Shown one piece after another: positions 40,669-54,097 of a stretch of 64,000 nt of DNA (positions within the stretch are counted from its first letter, which is position 1; every line of letters begins with the position of its first letter). The notes beneath the pieces are model-generated. The model did not search any database. It was not told the DNA's origin and saw only the letters and a program-made list of their open reading frames with translations. The position numbers were made by a program, and so were the translations under genes. Source of the DNA: Eledone cirrhosa (Eukaryota); NCBI GenBank assembly GCA_964016885.1, contig OZ024740.1, forward strand, positions 75,082,001 through 75,146,000, written 5' to 3'.

Positions 40669-40965
40669 ACACACACACACGGACACACACACACACAATA
40701 TATATATATATATAAAACTAAATTTCATTATTTGTATTTAAGGGCTCCAAATCTCTTAACTTGTTGAGTTTGGTGGCTATATCCCCGCTCCTATTTCTAG
40801 CGGAGTTAACGTCCACCTTGTTGATATCTATTTGCCTTGGGTTTAACGTCATTTACCCATGTGCTTCTCAGCATGACGGTCCCGCTGGGCATCGGTGTGG
40901 ATATTGGCAAGTATATTGTCTTATTTACCATCTTCATTCTATATTTCCTTTAGAATGGTGAGACT

Positions 40966-41092
40966 AAACCTCTGATGAGTACCTGAGTCTCATGTGGTTT
41001 AATCGATTATACTGATTGATTTTTTCGATGTTCAATTACATAGATTGATTTTGAACTACACTCTCCAGGTATGAAATAGCGCTATAAGGTTT
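40966..41092 (+). ncRNA. Canonical type I hammerhead ribozyme with long loop II
   Basis: Reads aaacct-CTGATGA-gtacctg..(about 80 nt)..caggtat-GAAA-TAGCGCTA-TA-aggttt. All core residues are intact and helix III is palindromic. Confidence 0.85.
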
Positions 41093-41611
41093 CTCTTATG
41101 GTTCCACCTGAGTACATATTCTTCTATAGAATATGTATTTGGTATATATACAATATACCGTGTTTTTTATACGATATATGGCTCTTTCTCTCCTATATAT
41201 ACATATATCTTTTGAATTTGGTTATTATGGATCTAGATATTATCTATGGAGGTTGCTTATTGAGAAACACAAAATTCGAAACATATCAGATATGTTTGAT
41301 TCATTATTTGTATATATGCTTTCCAGCATAGAGTTACGCCCATTTATGGTCTGAGTTCAAATCCCGCCGAGGTTAACTTTGCCTTACGGGGTCGATAAAA
41401 TAAAGTACCAGTAATACACTGGGATAATTGCTGGCCCTGTGCCAAAAGTAGAAACAATTATTTGTATATATACTGTATATATATATATATAGATTTACAT
41501 ATACATAAACTAGACAGAGCCATAGATATATATATATCTGTGTTTTTGGCAACTATTCACGGTGTGGCTCAATGACGAATTAATTAATTAAATAATCAAC
41601 AATCAGAGCAA

Positions 41612-41924
41612 TATATAAGAAAGTAAGTCCATAGAATCATTTGATAAAATATATACAGTATTTCTTCTCCCAATCAGCATAATTAACCACACAAAAAATC
41701 AATTAAACGAGGCTATAAGTTTAAAATGTACCTATGAAGAAACATAGGAAACATGTGGCTGTTGATCGCAGATAAAATAGCTATCATTTATTTATCTACT
41801 GTTTCTTCATGGGTACATGTTAAACTTATAGCCTCGGTTAATTGAATTTTTGTGTGGTTAATTATGCTGATTGGGAGAAGAAATACTGTATATATTTTAT
41901 CAAATGATTCTATGGATTTACTTT

Positions 41925-41930
<6 letters not shown>
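41612..41930. repeat. Fold-back element with ~130-bp arms adjoining (TA)n
   Basis: 41612-41744 is the reverse complement of 41800-41930. Confidence 0.85.
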
Positions 41931-41970
<40 letters not shown>

Positions 41971-41971
<1 letters not shown>

Positions 41972-42280
41972 GATATTAAATAAATGGAAACTATATTTAT
42001 AAAACCATATTTATTTCATTATATATATTTCAGGGATATCATATTAAAAATATCTATTTATAAGACTGTTTATATTGTATTTTGTCTGAAGAAGGCATAC
42101 CATATTTTTAATATGATATCCCTGAAATATATATAATGAAATAAATATGGTTTTATAAATATAGTTTCCATTTATTTAATATCGTAAATATACTCCAAAT
42201 ACTTGTTGAGTACTTTTATATCAGTTATAAATATTTACTCGTTGTAACCCAACAATTTAAATAAAACTTTGCATATATAT
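41971..42280 (+). mobile_element. Short element with type I hammerhead (42081-42140) and inverted upstream partial copy
   Basis: Reads tttgt-CTGAAGA-aggcataccatatt..aatatgatatccct-GAAA-TATATA-TA-atgaa. 41971-42053 is the reverse complement of 42102-42184. Confidence 0.75.
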
Positions 42281-42306
42281 ATATAATAGTTCTATGGACT
42301 TACTTT

Positions 42307-42363
<57 letters not shown>

Positions 42364-42376
42364 TTGGTCGTTTTTA

Positions 42377-43715
42377 TGGCTGTGCGGATGATTGTATAAC
42401 CATCGTCTCAGTGTGTTTGGCCTTTAACGTATGTTGTAGCTCTGGTTCACCTGAATCATTGAGCGCTTGCCACACATCTCGGAAGTTGTTTTTCGTTAAT
42501 TCCTAAGCCGAAATACGATTCTCGCTAATTTATATTTGTATTAATATCCCGAGTCTAGCTATTGACCAGTTAATTTTCTTGATTTTTTTAGTTGATTCTA
42601 TTGACTGATGAATAGCTTATGTTAACTTTTAACCATTCTGTTGAGAGCTTAATTAGTTTTGTGATGTTTTGCATTCTTGCAATAATATACACATACTGAA
42701 ATTCATCCGCCTAAAATAAGGGTTGCCTCCCTCGCCGAGCCCCAGGTGGGGTCGGTAACAGTCATTCCTTAAATTAGCACTCGAACTAAAACCTGTTGAA
42801 AAAGTGGCTTCCTTGTTCAATCATCTTACCAGAAGCCTAGCATTATTTGTGTAAGCGGACAGTACTTGATTTAGGAGTAGCAGAAACCCAAATGCTGGAT
42901 TTTACCAACCATCCAGGGGTCCGGGTAAATTTTCAATCACATATATTTTTATTTGTTTGACCCGAATTACTTGGCTGTGCGGATGATTGTATAACCATCG
43001 TCTCAGTGTGTTTGGCCTTTAACGTATGTTGTAGCTCTGGTTCATCTGAATCATTGAGCGCTTGCCACACATCTCGGAAGTTGTTTTTCGTTAATTCCTA
43101 AGCCGAAATACGATTCTCGCTAATTTATATTTGTATTAATATCCCGAGTCTAGCTATTGACCAGTTAATTTTCTTGATTTTTTTAGTTGATTCTATTGAC
43201 TGATGAATAGCTTATGTTAACTTTTAACCATTCTGTTGAGAGCTTAATTAGTTTTGTGATGTTTTGCATTCTTGCAATAATATACACATACTGAAATTCA
43301 TCCGCCTAAAATAAGGGTTGCCTCCCTCGCCGAGCCCCAGGTGGGGTCGGTAACAGTCATTCCTTAAATTAGCACTCGAACTAAAACCTGTTGAAAAAGT
43401 AGCTTCCTTGTTCAATCATCTTACCAGAAGCCTAGCATTATTTGTGTAAGCGGACAGTACTTGATTTAGGAGTAGCAGAAACCCAAATGCTGGATTTTAC
43501 CAACCATCCAGGGGTCCGGGTAAATTTTCAATCACATATATTTTTATTTGTTTGACCCGAATTACTTGGCTGTGCGGATGATTGTATAACCATCGTCTCA
43601 GTGTGTTTGGCCTTTAACGTATGTTGTAGCTCTGGTTCATCTGAATCATTGAGCGCTTGCCACACATCTCGGAAGTTGTTTTTCGTTAATTCCTAAGCTG
43701 AAATACGATTCTCGC

Positions 43716-43721
<6 letters not shown>
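42377..43721. repeat. Tandem repeat, 595-bp unit, about 2.3 copies, between (TA)n tracts
   Basis: tggctgtgcggatgattgtataacc starts at 42377, 42972 and 43567. Copies are near identical. Confidence 0.95.
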
Positions 43722-43796
<75 letters not shown>

Positions 43797-44102
43797 TAGG
43801 TAAGTAACTACAGCTACAGGGGGAGCGCCATTCTAAGCACTCAATGCTGCAACAAGGTCCGTCACGTGTTGGATTGTATCCGAAATTTAAACAGCGACTT
43901 TGATCTCACTTAAAAAAATATATATATATATAAGTTAATTTTATAATTTTCTTATTTTACGTTTCTCATATTTTTGTTCTGCAACCCCATGCATTGAACC
44001 ACAATGTTACTAAGACAAAACCTATATATTTGCTAGCATTGATATGCATCTGTATGTATATATATGTTACTAGATATAAATTCTTTATATATATATATAT
44101 AT

Positions 44103-44523
44103 ATAAAATATTAAAAAAATAATGAATAAAACAATGAAACAGTTCCTTATATTAAACAAAAAAAGTTCATTATTTAACGATCGTTTCTAGGATATATATG
44201 TGTTAGAATTGGCATGCATATTCAACAGATCTATGTACAAAATTATAGAAAATTATACAAACTATCAAAATTAAATATACATACCAAACACATATATATG
44301 CCGTCTTCATTATTTCTGAAGACGGCATATATATGTGTTTGGTATGTATATTTAATTTTGATAGTTTGTATAATTTTCTATAATTTTGTACATAGATCTG
44401 TTGAATATGCATGCCAATTCTAACACATATATATCCTAGAAACGATCGTTAAATAATGAACTTTTTTTGTTTAATATAAGGAACTGTTTCATTGTTTTAT
44501 TCATTATTTTTTTAATATTTTAT
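44103..44523 (+). mobile_element. Near-perfect 420-bp palindrome containing a type I hammerhead (44306-44460)
   Basis: Arms are 44103-44309 and 44317-44523. The HHR reads ttcattattt-CTGAAGA-cggcatatatatgtgtt..aacacatatatatccta-GAAA-CGATCG-TT-aaataatgaa. Confidence 0.88.
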
Positions 44524-44655
44524 CTTGACTCTGTTTTCCGTTTATCTTTCACCGAAAGTGATTTTTCATTGCATCTCTTCTTTCCATGATATCCGGATTA
44601 CATTGAGTTCTTCATACGGATTGGACACTACCGTAAACTCTTGGTAGATTTATCT

Positions 44656-44794
<139 letters not shown>

Positions 44795-45990
44795 TACATA
44801 TATAACACACACATATATATATTTATATATAATAATAATATTAATGGTTTATATCGAAATCCAGTGATTTCGATCTCGTTGCTTACAGTATGCTCAACAA
44901 ATTTATTTGGAGCACACGCATAGGATTAATTGCAAGACAACATCCCAGCCAGGAGCCTAAGCTATGAAAACAATATAATGATTATATCGACAGATTTAAT
45001 ATATGAGAACCTGAAAGAACTCACAATTTCATCAATTGAAACAGCCAGTATCCTTCTAATTTATCACACAAAAATCTGCCGGAGTACAAAAATCCACGTC
45101 TAAGCTGGTGCAGTATTGTTTGAAATTCCGTTGAGAATCCGCTGGTTATCGATTAATAATAAATCCATAACCAACAAATTCCGGACAACGGAATTCTCAT
45201 TAGCCAGCACTCCTTTGAGGGGTTTCCGAAAATTGACTTTACAACTAAAGTTTCAAGTCGGTGCCGGTATCCCACGTGTGGCATTAACTGCTTCTCGGTC
45301 AGCAAACGACAGCATCAGCGTTTGACTGGTTGGGTTTGGCGGTAATGCTTAATATAGCAGCATGGCTTCCCCATTATGGAACACTCGACCATAATTAAAG
45401 AAACAAACTTTAGAAGTTAATTATAATAATAATTGTTTCTACTTTAGGCACAAGGCCAGCAATTACCCAGTGCATTACTGGTACTTTATTTTATCGACCC
45501 CGTACGGAGGAAAGGCAAAGTCAACCTCGGCGGGATTTGAACTCAGACCGTAAAGGTAAAGGGACGTAACTATGCTGGAAAGCATGGCGTCCGACCCTCT
45601 ACCCATACTGCCAATCCACCGCCCGTTAATTATAATAATAATTGTTTCTACTTTAGGCACAAGGCCAGCAATTACCCAGTACATTACTGGTACTTTATAA
45701 TAATAATGGTTTAGATTAATATCCAGTGATTTCGATACAAATGAACGTTAAGACGGGGTTTTTGTTATTTCATAATTAAATCTAAATTTATTTGTGCAAT
45801 AACACAACGCTATTTTAAAGTTAATTCGTATAACAATACTCGGTCGTATACTACATGATTCCATATCACTGTTGGAGGTATATAACCGACGTGGAGTGCT
45901 TAAAATTGCTCATACCGTAGGTTATGGATTGAGCTGGTGCAACACTCGCAATCAAATAAACACTTACATAAATACAACTATATATATATA

Positions 45991-46281
45991 TACAGTTACG
46001 TTTCTAGAGCACCCGCGAAGCGTGAAAAAACTGTGAATATTGGACGTGGTCCATAAAAATGCCTATAAGCGTCAAAACATGATGTAAAATATAGGTATAT
46101 TGTTATTAATAATTTAGTGTTAAAGCGTGAAAAAGTATAAGTTGCCACAAAAAAGCCATAAAAAAATAGCGGAAGAGATTTATGATTCCGCGAATATGCG
46201 GTAGTTTCCACGAATAATTATTAATTAGATTTGAGGAAAAATCCGCGAATAACCGGGACCGTGAATGCTGGGGTACACTCT
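45991..46281. mobile_element. Tc1/pogo (Tigger-like) MITE remnant
   Basis: TA-cagt start, repeated ccgcgaata subterminal motifs and a ggggtacactcTA end. Confidence 0.5.
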
Positions 46282-46437
46282 ATATATGTATTTATATATA
46301 TGGGCAATGTACGATCTTTCTTTTATACCTGTATAAAAGACGATTATGTTCGAGAGTTAACTTTTACTTTTAAATTTTACTTATACGATATTATAATACA
46401 TTAAAATCATACACACACACACACATACACACACACA

Positions 46438-46472
<35 letters not shown>

Positions 46473-47719
46473 TGGGCGGACCTCTGTACATTGTTTTGAC
46501 AACCATATTCCAATCACAAAATATTGGTCAACCGAAGGCTATTTTAAAAATCGTATATTTGTTACGACACTTAGTGGAATTGAGCTTGGAGCCATATTTT
46601 TGCGAAGGGAATTTATTTTACCATACGCCCATGGCTGCCATATCGCAATGGATATAGTTTATCTTATGTAATTCTGGTATGTTTTTAGTTTGAAATCTGC
46701 ACTCGATTACACTTACAATTATTTACAAGATATGAATTGCCTCATTTATCTGATATGAAAACTAATGTGAATGACGCTTGTTTCACGTCAGCCAATCTGA
46801 TGAGGTCTTCAGAAATCTGGGAATGTGAGCTAAGAATGATGCAGTTAATACGTATTTCACTTTATCATAAGCCATTCATAAACTATTTAAACATATAACA
46901 TCAATGCCTTCATTCGTTATGAATGACGTAAAGGTATTTTTTTTTCAACCAACCAGTGAGCTAATAATGTTTTGTTTCTCGATGTAGAAGAGGGAATAAC
47001 ATTTCTCATCACTGAACACATGTCATTTAGATGATATTCTTTTATTCTTTAAATAGAAACACGCAAATAAATAAATAAAGGGATAAATAAATAACAGATT
47101 TTTTAAGGTTAACGTGTAAGGAAGACCTTTGGTGCAGCACACACACACATTAGTTATATAACAAAATGCAAGTAAGGAAAACAAGAAAATATCGGGCAAG
47201 GCATACGCCAAAGCAACGAAATGTTTCTGTTAGTACAAAGGATTGAATGACAAAAAATACAAAGACTTTTGTCTACCATGTTACTAACGTTTCATGAAAT
47301 GTATCGTATGGAATCTCTATTTAAACGTACGCACACCCAAAATTGTAACAGAAATAGGCATTAAATCATATATATATCTATATAAAAGAATAGCTAAATA
47401 CTAGTCGCAAAACCCGAAGTATATTCCCCCCCCCATATATATATATATATCGACAGTCTACAGTCGAAGTCGATCGACTTTCCTCAAATCGGACCGAGGA
47501 AACAATGTTTCCGTTGGTCTTTCCAATTGCTAATACTATCTGTCGGTTGTAACTCCAGGTAGAAGGAGCAGTGTGAAATAAAATGTCTAGCTCAAGGACT
47601 TAACGCATCGCCCGGTCCAGTAATGGAACTCACAATCTCATGATTGCGAATCCAATTCTCTAACCACGCAGCTACATATAAATAATATATATAGAAAAAT
47701 ATATAAAATCCCGACTGCA

Positions 47720-47752
<33 letters not shown>

Positions 47753-47791
47753 ATTAAACACTTATCTCTGTGGACTTTTCTCTAAATGTTG

Positions 47792-49202
<1,411 letters not shown>

Positions 49203-49336
49203 CTCATATTTTATAAATTCACTATATCATATATTTATATATATAAAGTTATGAAACGAAAGGAGCTCTGTAGTTACTAAAAACAAGGTTTAGGATGGTG
49301 GTTAGGACGGAACAGGAGGACAAAGGAAGAAAGGAG

Positions 49337-49453
49337 TTTCCATCGTCAGCTGTAAATGTTTCCCGAACCGATGTTTCGGCGCTGAATTACAGTACATCGG
49401 TGTAGTTCGGGTGCGCCCGAGGCCTTTTATTAGTGAAAAGGCCAGGTGGAAAA
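49337..49453 (-). ncRNA. Permuted hammerhead candidate, third sequence family, within a ~750-bp purine-rich element (about 49245-49990)
   Basis: Minus strand reads ggcgc-a-cccgaac-taca-ccgatgt-A-ctgtaa-ttca-gcgcc-GAAA-catcgg-ttcggg-aaacat-ttacag-CTGACGA-tggaaa. Confidence 0.7.
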
Positions 49454-50242
49454 GGAGAGAGAAAAAAGAAGAGAGAAAAGGAAAGAGAGGGAAAGGAGGA
49501 AGAACAAGGGGGGGGGGGGGATGAGGAGAGAGGAAGAAGGGGAAAAAATAGGAAAGGAATAGAAGAAAAAAAGTGTACAGGTTCCATCGTGGGAAGACAC
49601 AGGTGAAAGAAACATGCAAAAAAGTAACCATGGAAAAATAGGGAAAGTAATTTTTGGCCAACCTGGGAGACTTTAGCCTGGTGGTCAGCTACGACTCAGA
49701 GCTGGTATAATCGTGCTGCCTCTCACATAGACAGGAAAAAGTGAGAGAGAGACACGGGCAACCAAAAGTGAGGAGAAGGGAAAGGGAGATAATCCAGAAG
49801 ATTTTTTTTACGACGGTGGTAAAAACGTGCTGCAAAGATTGCGGACAGAGAGGCCACCACGGCACGTGTAAACATGTCAACAATCAAAACCGAACGGATG
49901 GATAGAGAGAGAGAGGAAGAGAGAAAAAAAAAGAGAGTGAGGAGGAGAAGGGAAGAGAGAAGGGAGGGTCGATGCGAAAGTATGGAGGGAACACAGATCG
50001 ACCAAAGCAGTAATCAATAATAAAATAAAGTGGTCACGTGTTTAATAACGTCACAGCAGTGATTATCACGCCTGACCTCTTAATAATTCGTAGTATCAAA
50101 ATGGTGACAAAAGGATAGATAAATAAATATATAAATATGTAGACAGGTAGGTAAGTAGGAAGGTAGGATAAGAGCTAGTTAGAAAGAGATCGATATGCAG
50201 CTAGATAAATAGATAGGTAGGTAGGCGGGAAGATAGATATGT

Positions 50243-50313
<71 letters not shown>

Positions 50314-51557
50314 TGTTTCATAGATAGATAGATATCCTTGCATTACATGTTTCGGCTCTCTGGGATGGGCTAGTTACCAGATCTAGTTACCCCAAAAAAC
50401 ACGCCATATGTCATGATAGCACCCATCTGACTTTATTGAGTGCCCGAAGAAAGAAGAAAGAAAGAAAGGAATGAAATAGACAGATTGATATTGCTTATTA
50501 CATAATATGAAATTTTACACTTTATGTTTACGATAATATTAAATCAAATTTCAATGTTATCGTAATATGAAGACGTTGATGACTAAGAGATATTAACGGA
50601 GGAGTGTACACATTAGTCCATTCTTTTTTTTTTATTTTCAAGGTCTTTAATGACTTGGCAACAGTGATAAACGAATGACGTTATTGAGGTTATTGCGGTT
50701 AATAATCAGGCTGATTTCGTTAAAGGAAACTCTGAATATAAGGTGGGCAGGACAATGTTTTTGATTTTAATAGGGAATAATAGTCGGTGTGTTTTTTTTT
50801 ATCGTTTAACCAGGGCCTGCGGAACTAGTACGAAGGAGGGTGTTATCTTCAAAACGGAGACATGGCTTCAGAGTCGGTGCTGCCATTAGGACAGCTCAGC
50901 AGCCGACTAGTGTGCACAACTCAGGTAAACTTAAAGGGCCACATTTGTATAATTAACTTAAATATATGATAATTCTTTGCGATGAATAAATAAATCACGA
51001 AACATCTTTGTCGCGTAGAAGTGAACATATCTTAAGGGTGGTATAGTTTTTTGAGCTAAAATATGATTTAGCGTGAATATGGACTGTGAAGTAAAAAATG
51101 CAAGTTTAATAATGTTCTTAGTGTGGACAGAGTAAGGTTTGTTAACAACTAGGTTTTTCATCTTGCAATAATAGGGCGCACGTTATAGGGTTAACCTAGG
51201 GTGCTAAATACCAAGGCGTCGCCCCTGTCTCACCTAAATGTTTACAATGGTGTAGTTTTGTTAAAAGAACCTAAGGATCAGGTGTTGTTGTAAAGCAGAT
51301 GACGGATTAATGGTGCTCTTCATGCAAGCTACCGAGGAATTTATACTCAGAGACAAAGAGCCAGAACAAATACTGCAAAGCATTTCGTCCGATGCTTTAA
51401 AAATTCTTCTAATGCACCTCTTTAAACTGGTGCTATATTTTATAAATTCCAAAAGGATGAAAGATGTTGGCCTCGCATGGTGCCGGAACAAATATCCCAA
51501 GACATTTTGTACCAGGTTCTATTCAATATCTTTTAACACGATATACGAGGTTTGGGC

Positions 51558-51655
<98 letters not shown>

Positions 51656-51656
51656 A

Positions 51657-52582
51657 TCGAATGTGCTCAGGCGCTCACTGTCCTCTGGCAAACGGACCCG
51701 GTGATCAGTGGAGACTCCACTTCGACATTCTATAGAGGGTTGGTCCGCAGCAAGTGCGACGACGCGCTCGGAGAAACTCTAGGCGTAGAGGAGGACGAAC
51801 TGGCCAGTCTGTTCGGTAAGACCTTCCGCCCGGGACCAATGGACAACTTCCAAAAGTCCCTGGCCTGGCGGTGCTACCGAGGAGCTCTACCAGTTCGAGA
51901 CAAGCTCTACAGACACGGGCGCCCGGGTAGGGACCCTTCGAAAAAGATCTGTTCGAGATGCGTGCGCGACGAGGAAACCGTCGCACACGCATTTGTACAC
52001 TGCCCGGGCGTTACCGACCTGTGGGGCTATGTAGAACGACTATTGTCGCGGGTGGGACCAATCCAGTTGACCATCGAGTCCATTGTCATGATCAAACCGC
52101 CACCTCCTTCAAAAACGAGGGAGAGGCGGTTTTCCTATGTGTTATGGCTGTGGTGAAAGAGGTTATATGGTGGACGAGGTTAAAAGGGCTGAGGTCAGAC
52201 ACTTTTCTCTCCGGCGCGCAACTGATTCGTTTTTTAAAATATCATTTTGGAAGAAGAATCAGGATGGAGAGAGAGGTACTGTACCCCAGCAAATTTTATA
52301 AAAGGTGGGTGAATGTGGCAAGAATGGCCCGAGTGGTTGAGCCTTCTCTCTATATAAGCCTGTAGGTTGAAGAAAAAGAGGAAGAGAGGAAGGGAGTACT
52401 CACTCTTGGTGCTCCTGGAGAGGAGGGTTGTACATTTTTTCGGGGTGTGTACAACCCCTGTGTAACACCTCCCCACTATTGGGGATTTCAATTGTTATTT
52501 GTTGTGTTATTAATAGTTTTATTTTCATATACCTGTATGTAAACTCCCCTTCTTTTGTGCCCTTGTGGCTAATAAAGAAATG
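51657..52582 (+). mobile_element. 5'-truncated Tx1/L1-clade LINE in (TATC)n
   Basis: Homologous to 56704-57688, with zinc-finger CSRCVRDEETVAHAFVHC and a 3' aataaa. (TCTA)n lies on both sides. Confidence 0.9.
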
Positions 52583-52609
52583 TATCTATCTATCTATCTA
52601 TCTATCTAG

Positions 52610-52652
<43 letters not shown>

Positions 52653-54073
52653 ACTGCAAGGAAAACCCTCGAGTAACTGCCAGTAGATATAAGCAAAGCT
52701 AAGGAGCTACTTGCAGATGCCAAAAAATACGTAGTGTACGGGGAAAATGGATCATTTTCGATCCACTCTTCCCCGGAACTAAAAAGCCAGAAACTCCTAA
52801 ACACTGTCATGTTTAGGACAGTCTCAGACAAAACCAAAAAACCAGCTCAACCATCACAGAGTGAGATAGAGCTGGTTTTAAAAGATGTCATGAAAGACAT
52901 CATATTCATCTACGGGAGTCTATCCATTCTCATGAAGGACAGGGACACGGCAGCGAAACTGTCAATAAAACCAATCACATCCACCGCATACACCTTCTAC
53001 CCTACGTACATGAGTAGAAGGACACAAAACATAAAAATTCACACCATCCTTCCGATTATGGACATATAGTGGGTATTGACAGGTTTCCTGGACCTAGACG
53101 ACGACACATTAATATCCATGGGAAAGGCATCGGGTGACGCGTTCAGTGGAACGGGCCTCGAACTTTTAGTTCAAATGAGGCCCGAAAGGATCGCCCAGAT
53201 CCCTTCACTGAACGCGTCATACAGGATGACCAAACTTTTATTAACATTACCGTTGATGGTAGGCGGCCCTCGTGTTACCTCTGTGGAGCCAGAGGTCACC
53301 TGAGGGCTGTCTGTCCTCAACTTAAAAAGAAAACCCCAATCCTGCCTACACCACCAACAACTGCACAACCAACACAATCACCACAACCACCACTACAAAA
53401 CCAACAACCACAGCTCAAACCCAAACAAAACACTGTCCCCCCCCCACACACACTAAAAAAAAACAATTTCCAAAACACCCGGACCGCAAACACAACCCGA
53501 AAATCTACCTCTTCCTTCCAACACGGAAGATGACCCTCGTTCGTCGACAGACGAGGAGGAGCACTTCCACACAATCAAAAGAAAGAAAAGAAAACACACC
53601 TCAGACACACAAATAAAAACAACCAAAATATAACACAGACACCAACACAAAAGAGCACACAATAGCAAACAAAAAACACCACACAAAAACAAAAACATGC
53701 ATACATAAACACAAGAAATAAAAAACTGCTAAACATTGTATACAACAACAATTTAGTGAAAACCCAAGGGCCTAACTTCACCCAGGTAGGGGATTTCCCC
53801 CACCTCAAAATGATTAAGGCCCCAGAGGACACATATAAAACGCTAAAAAACAACTTTAAAGAGGACGTGGGTCCTCCCTGCGTCGGGCCCATTAACCGCG
53901 TCCTCCTAAAAAATTCCCCCACCTCCTCCCCATACACCCACACAACTCCAAACACCCCAACCACACAACACACTGATGCCCCTACACTTCCAAAAACCAC
54001 CACCCCACCCAACAACCCATCCCCCACCCTCATGGAAATTGTGCAGCCCGATATCCGGGACGCAGAGAGGTAA
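52653..54073 (+). pseudogene. Tx1-type ORF1 (gag-like) remnant
   Basis: Zinc knuckle CYLCGARGHLRAVC at about 53270-53315, followed by a P/T/K-rich low-complexity tail. Several stops and frameshifts. Confidence 0.75.
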
Positions 54074-54097
54074 GTGCCTTTTCTCTTCACCACCAAC

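Noticed and set aside
41770-41905. Possible hammerhead in the 41612-41930 fold-back (GAAA-tactgta-TA, stem gataaaata/tattttatc)
   Set aside because: No CUGAnGA core lies next to the putative stem I.
44203-44423. Mirror-image 69-aa ORFs on both strands
   Set aside because: They are a by-product of the palindrome.
44835-45736. ~35-bp imperfect direct repeats flanking a GC-richer segment (possible LTR or TSD)
   Set aside because: No coding or terminal motifs could be identified, and a SINE with a duplicated tail confounds the boundaries.
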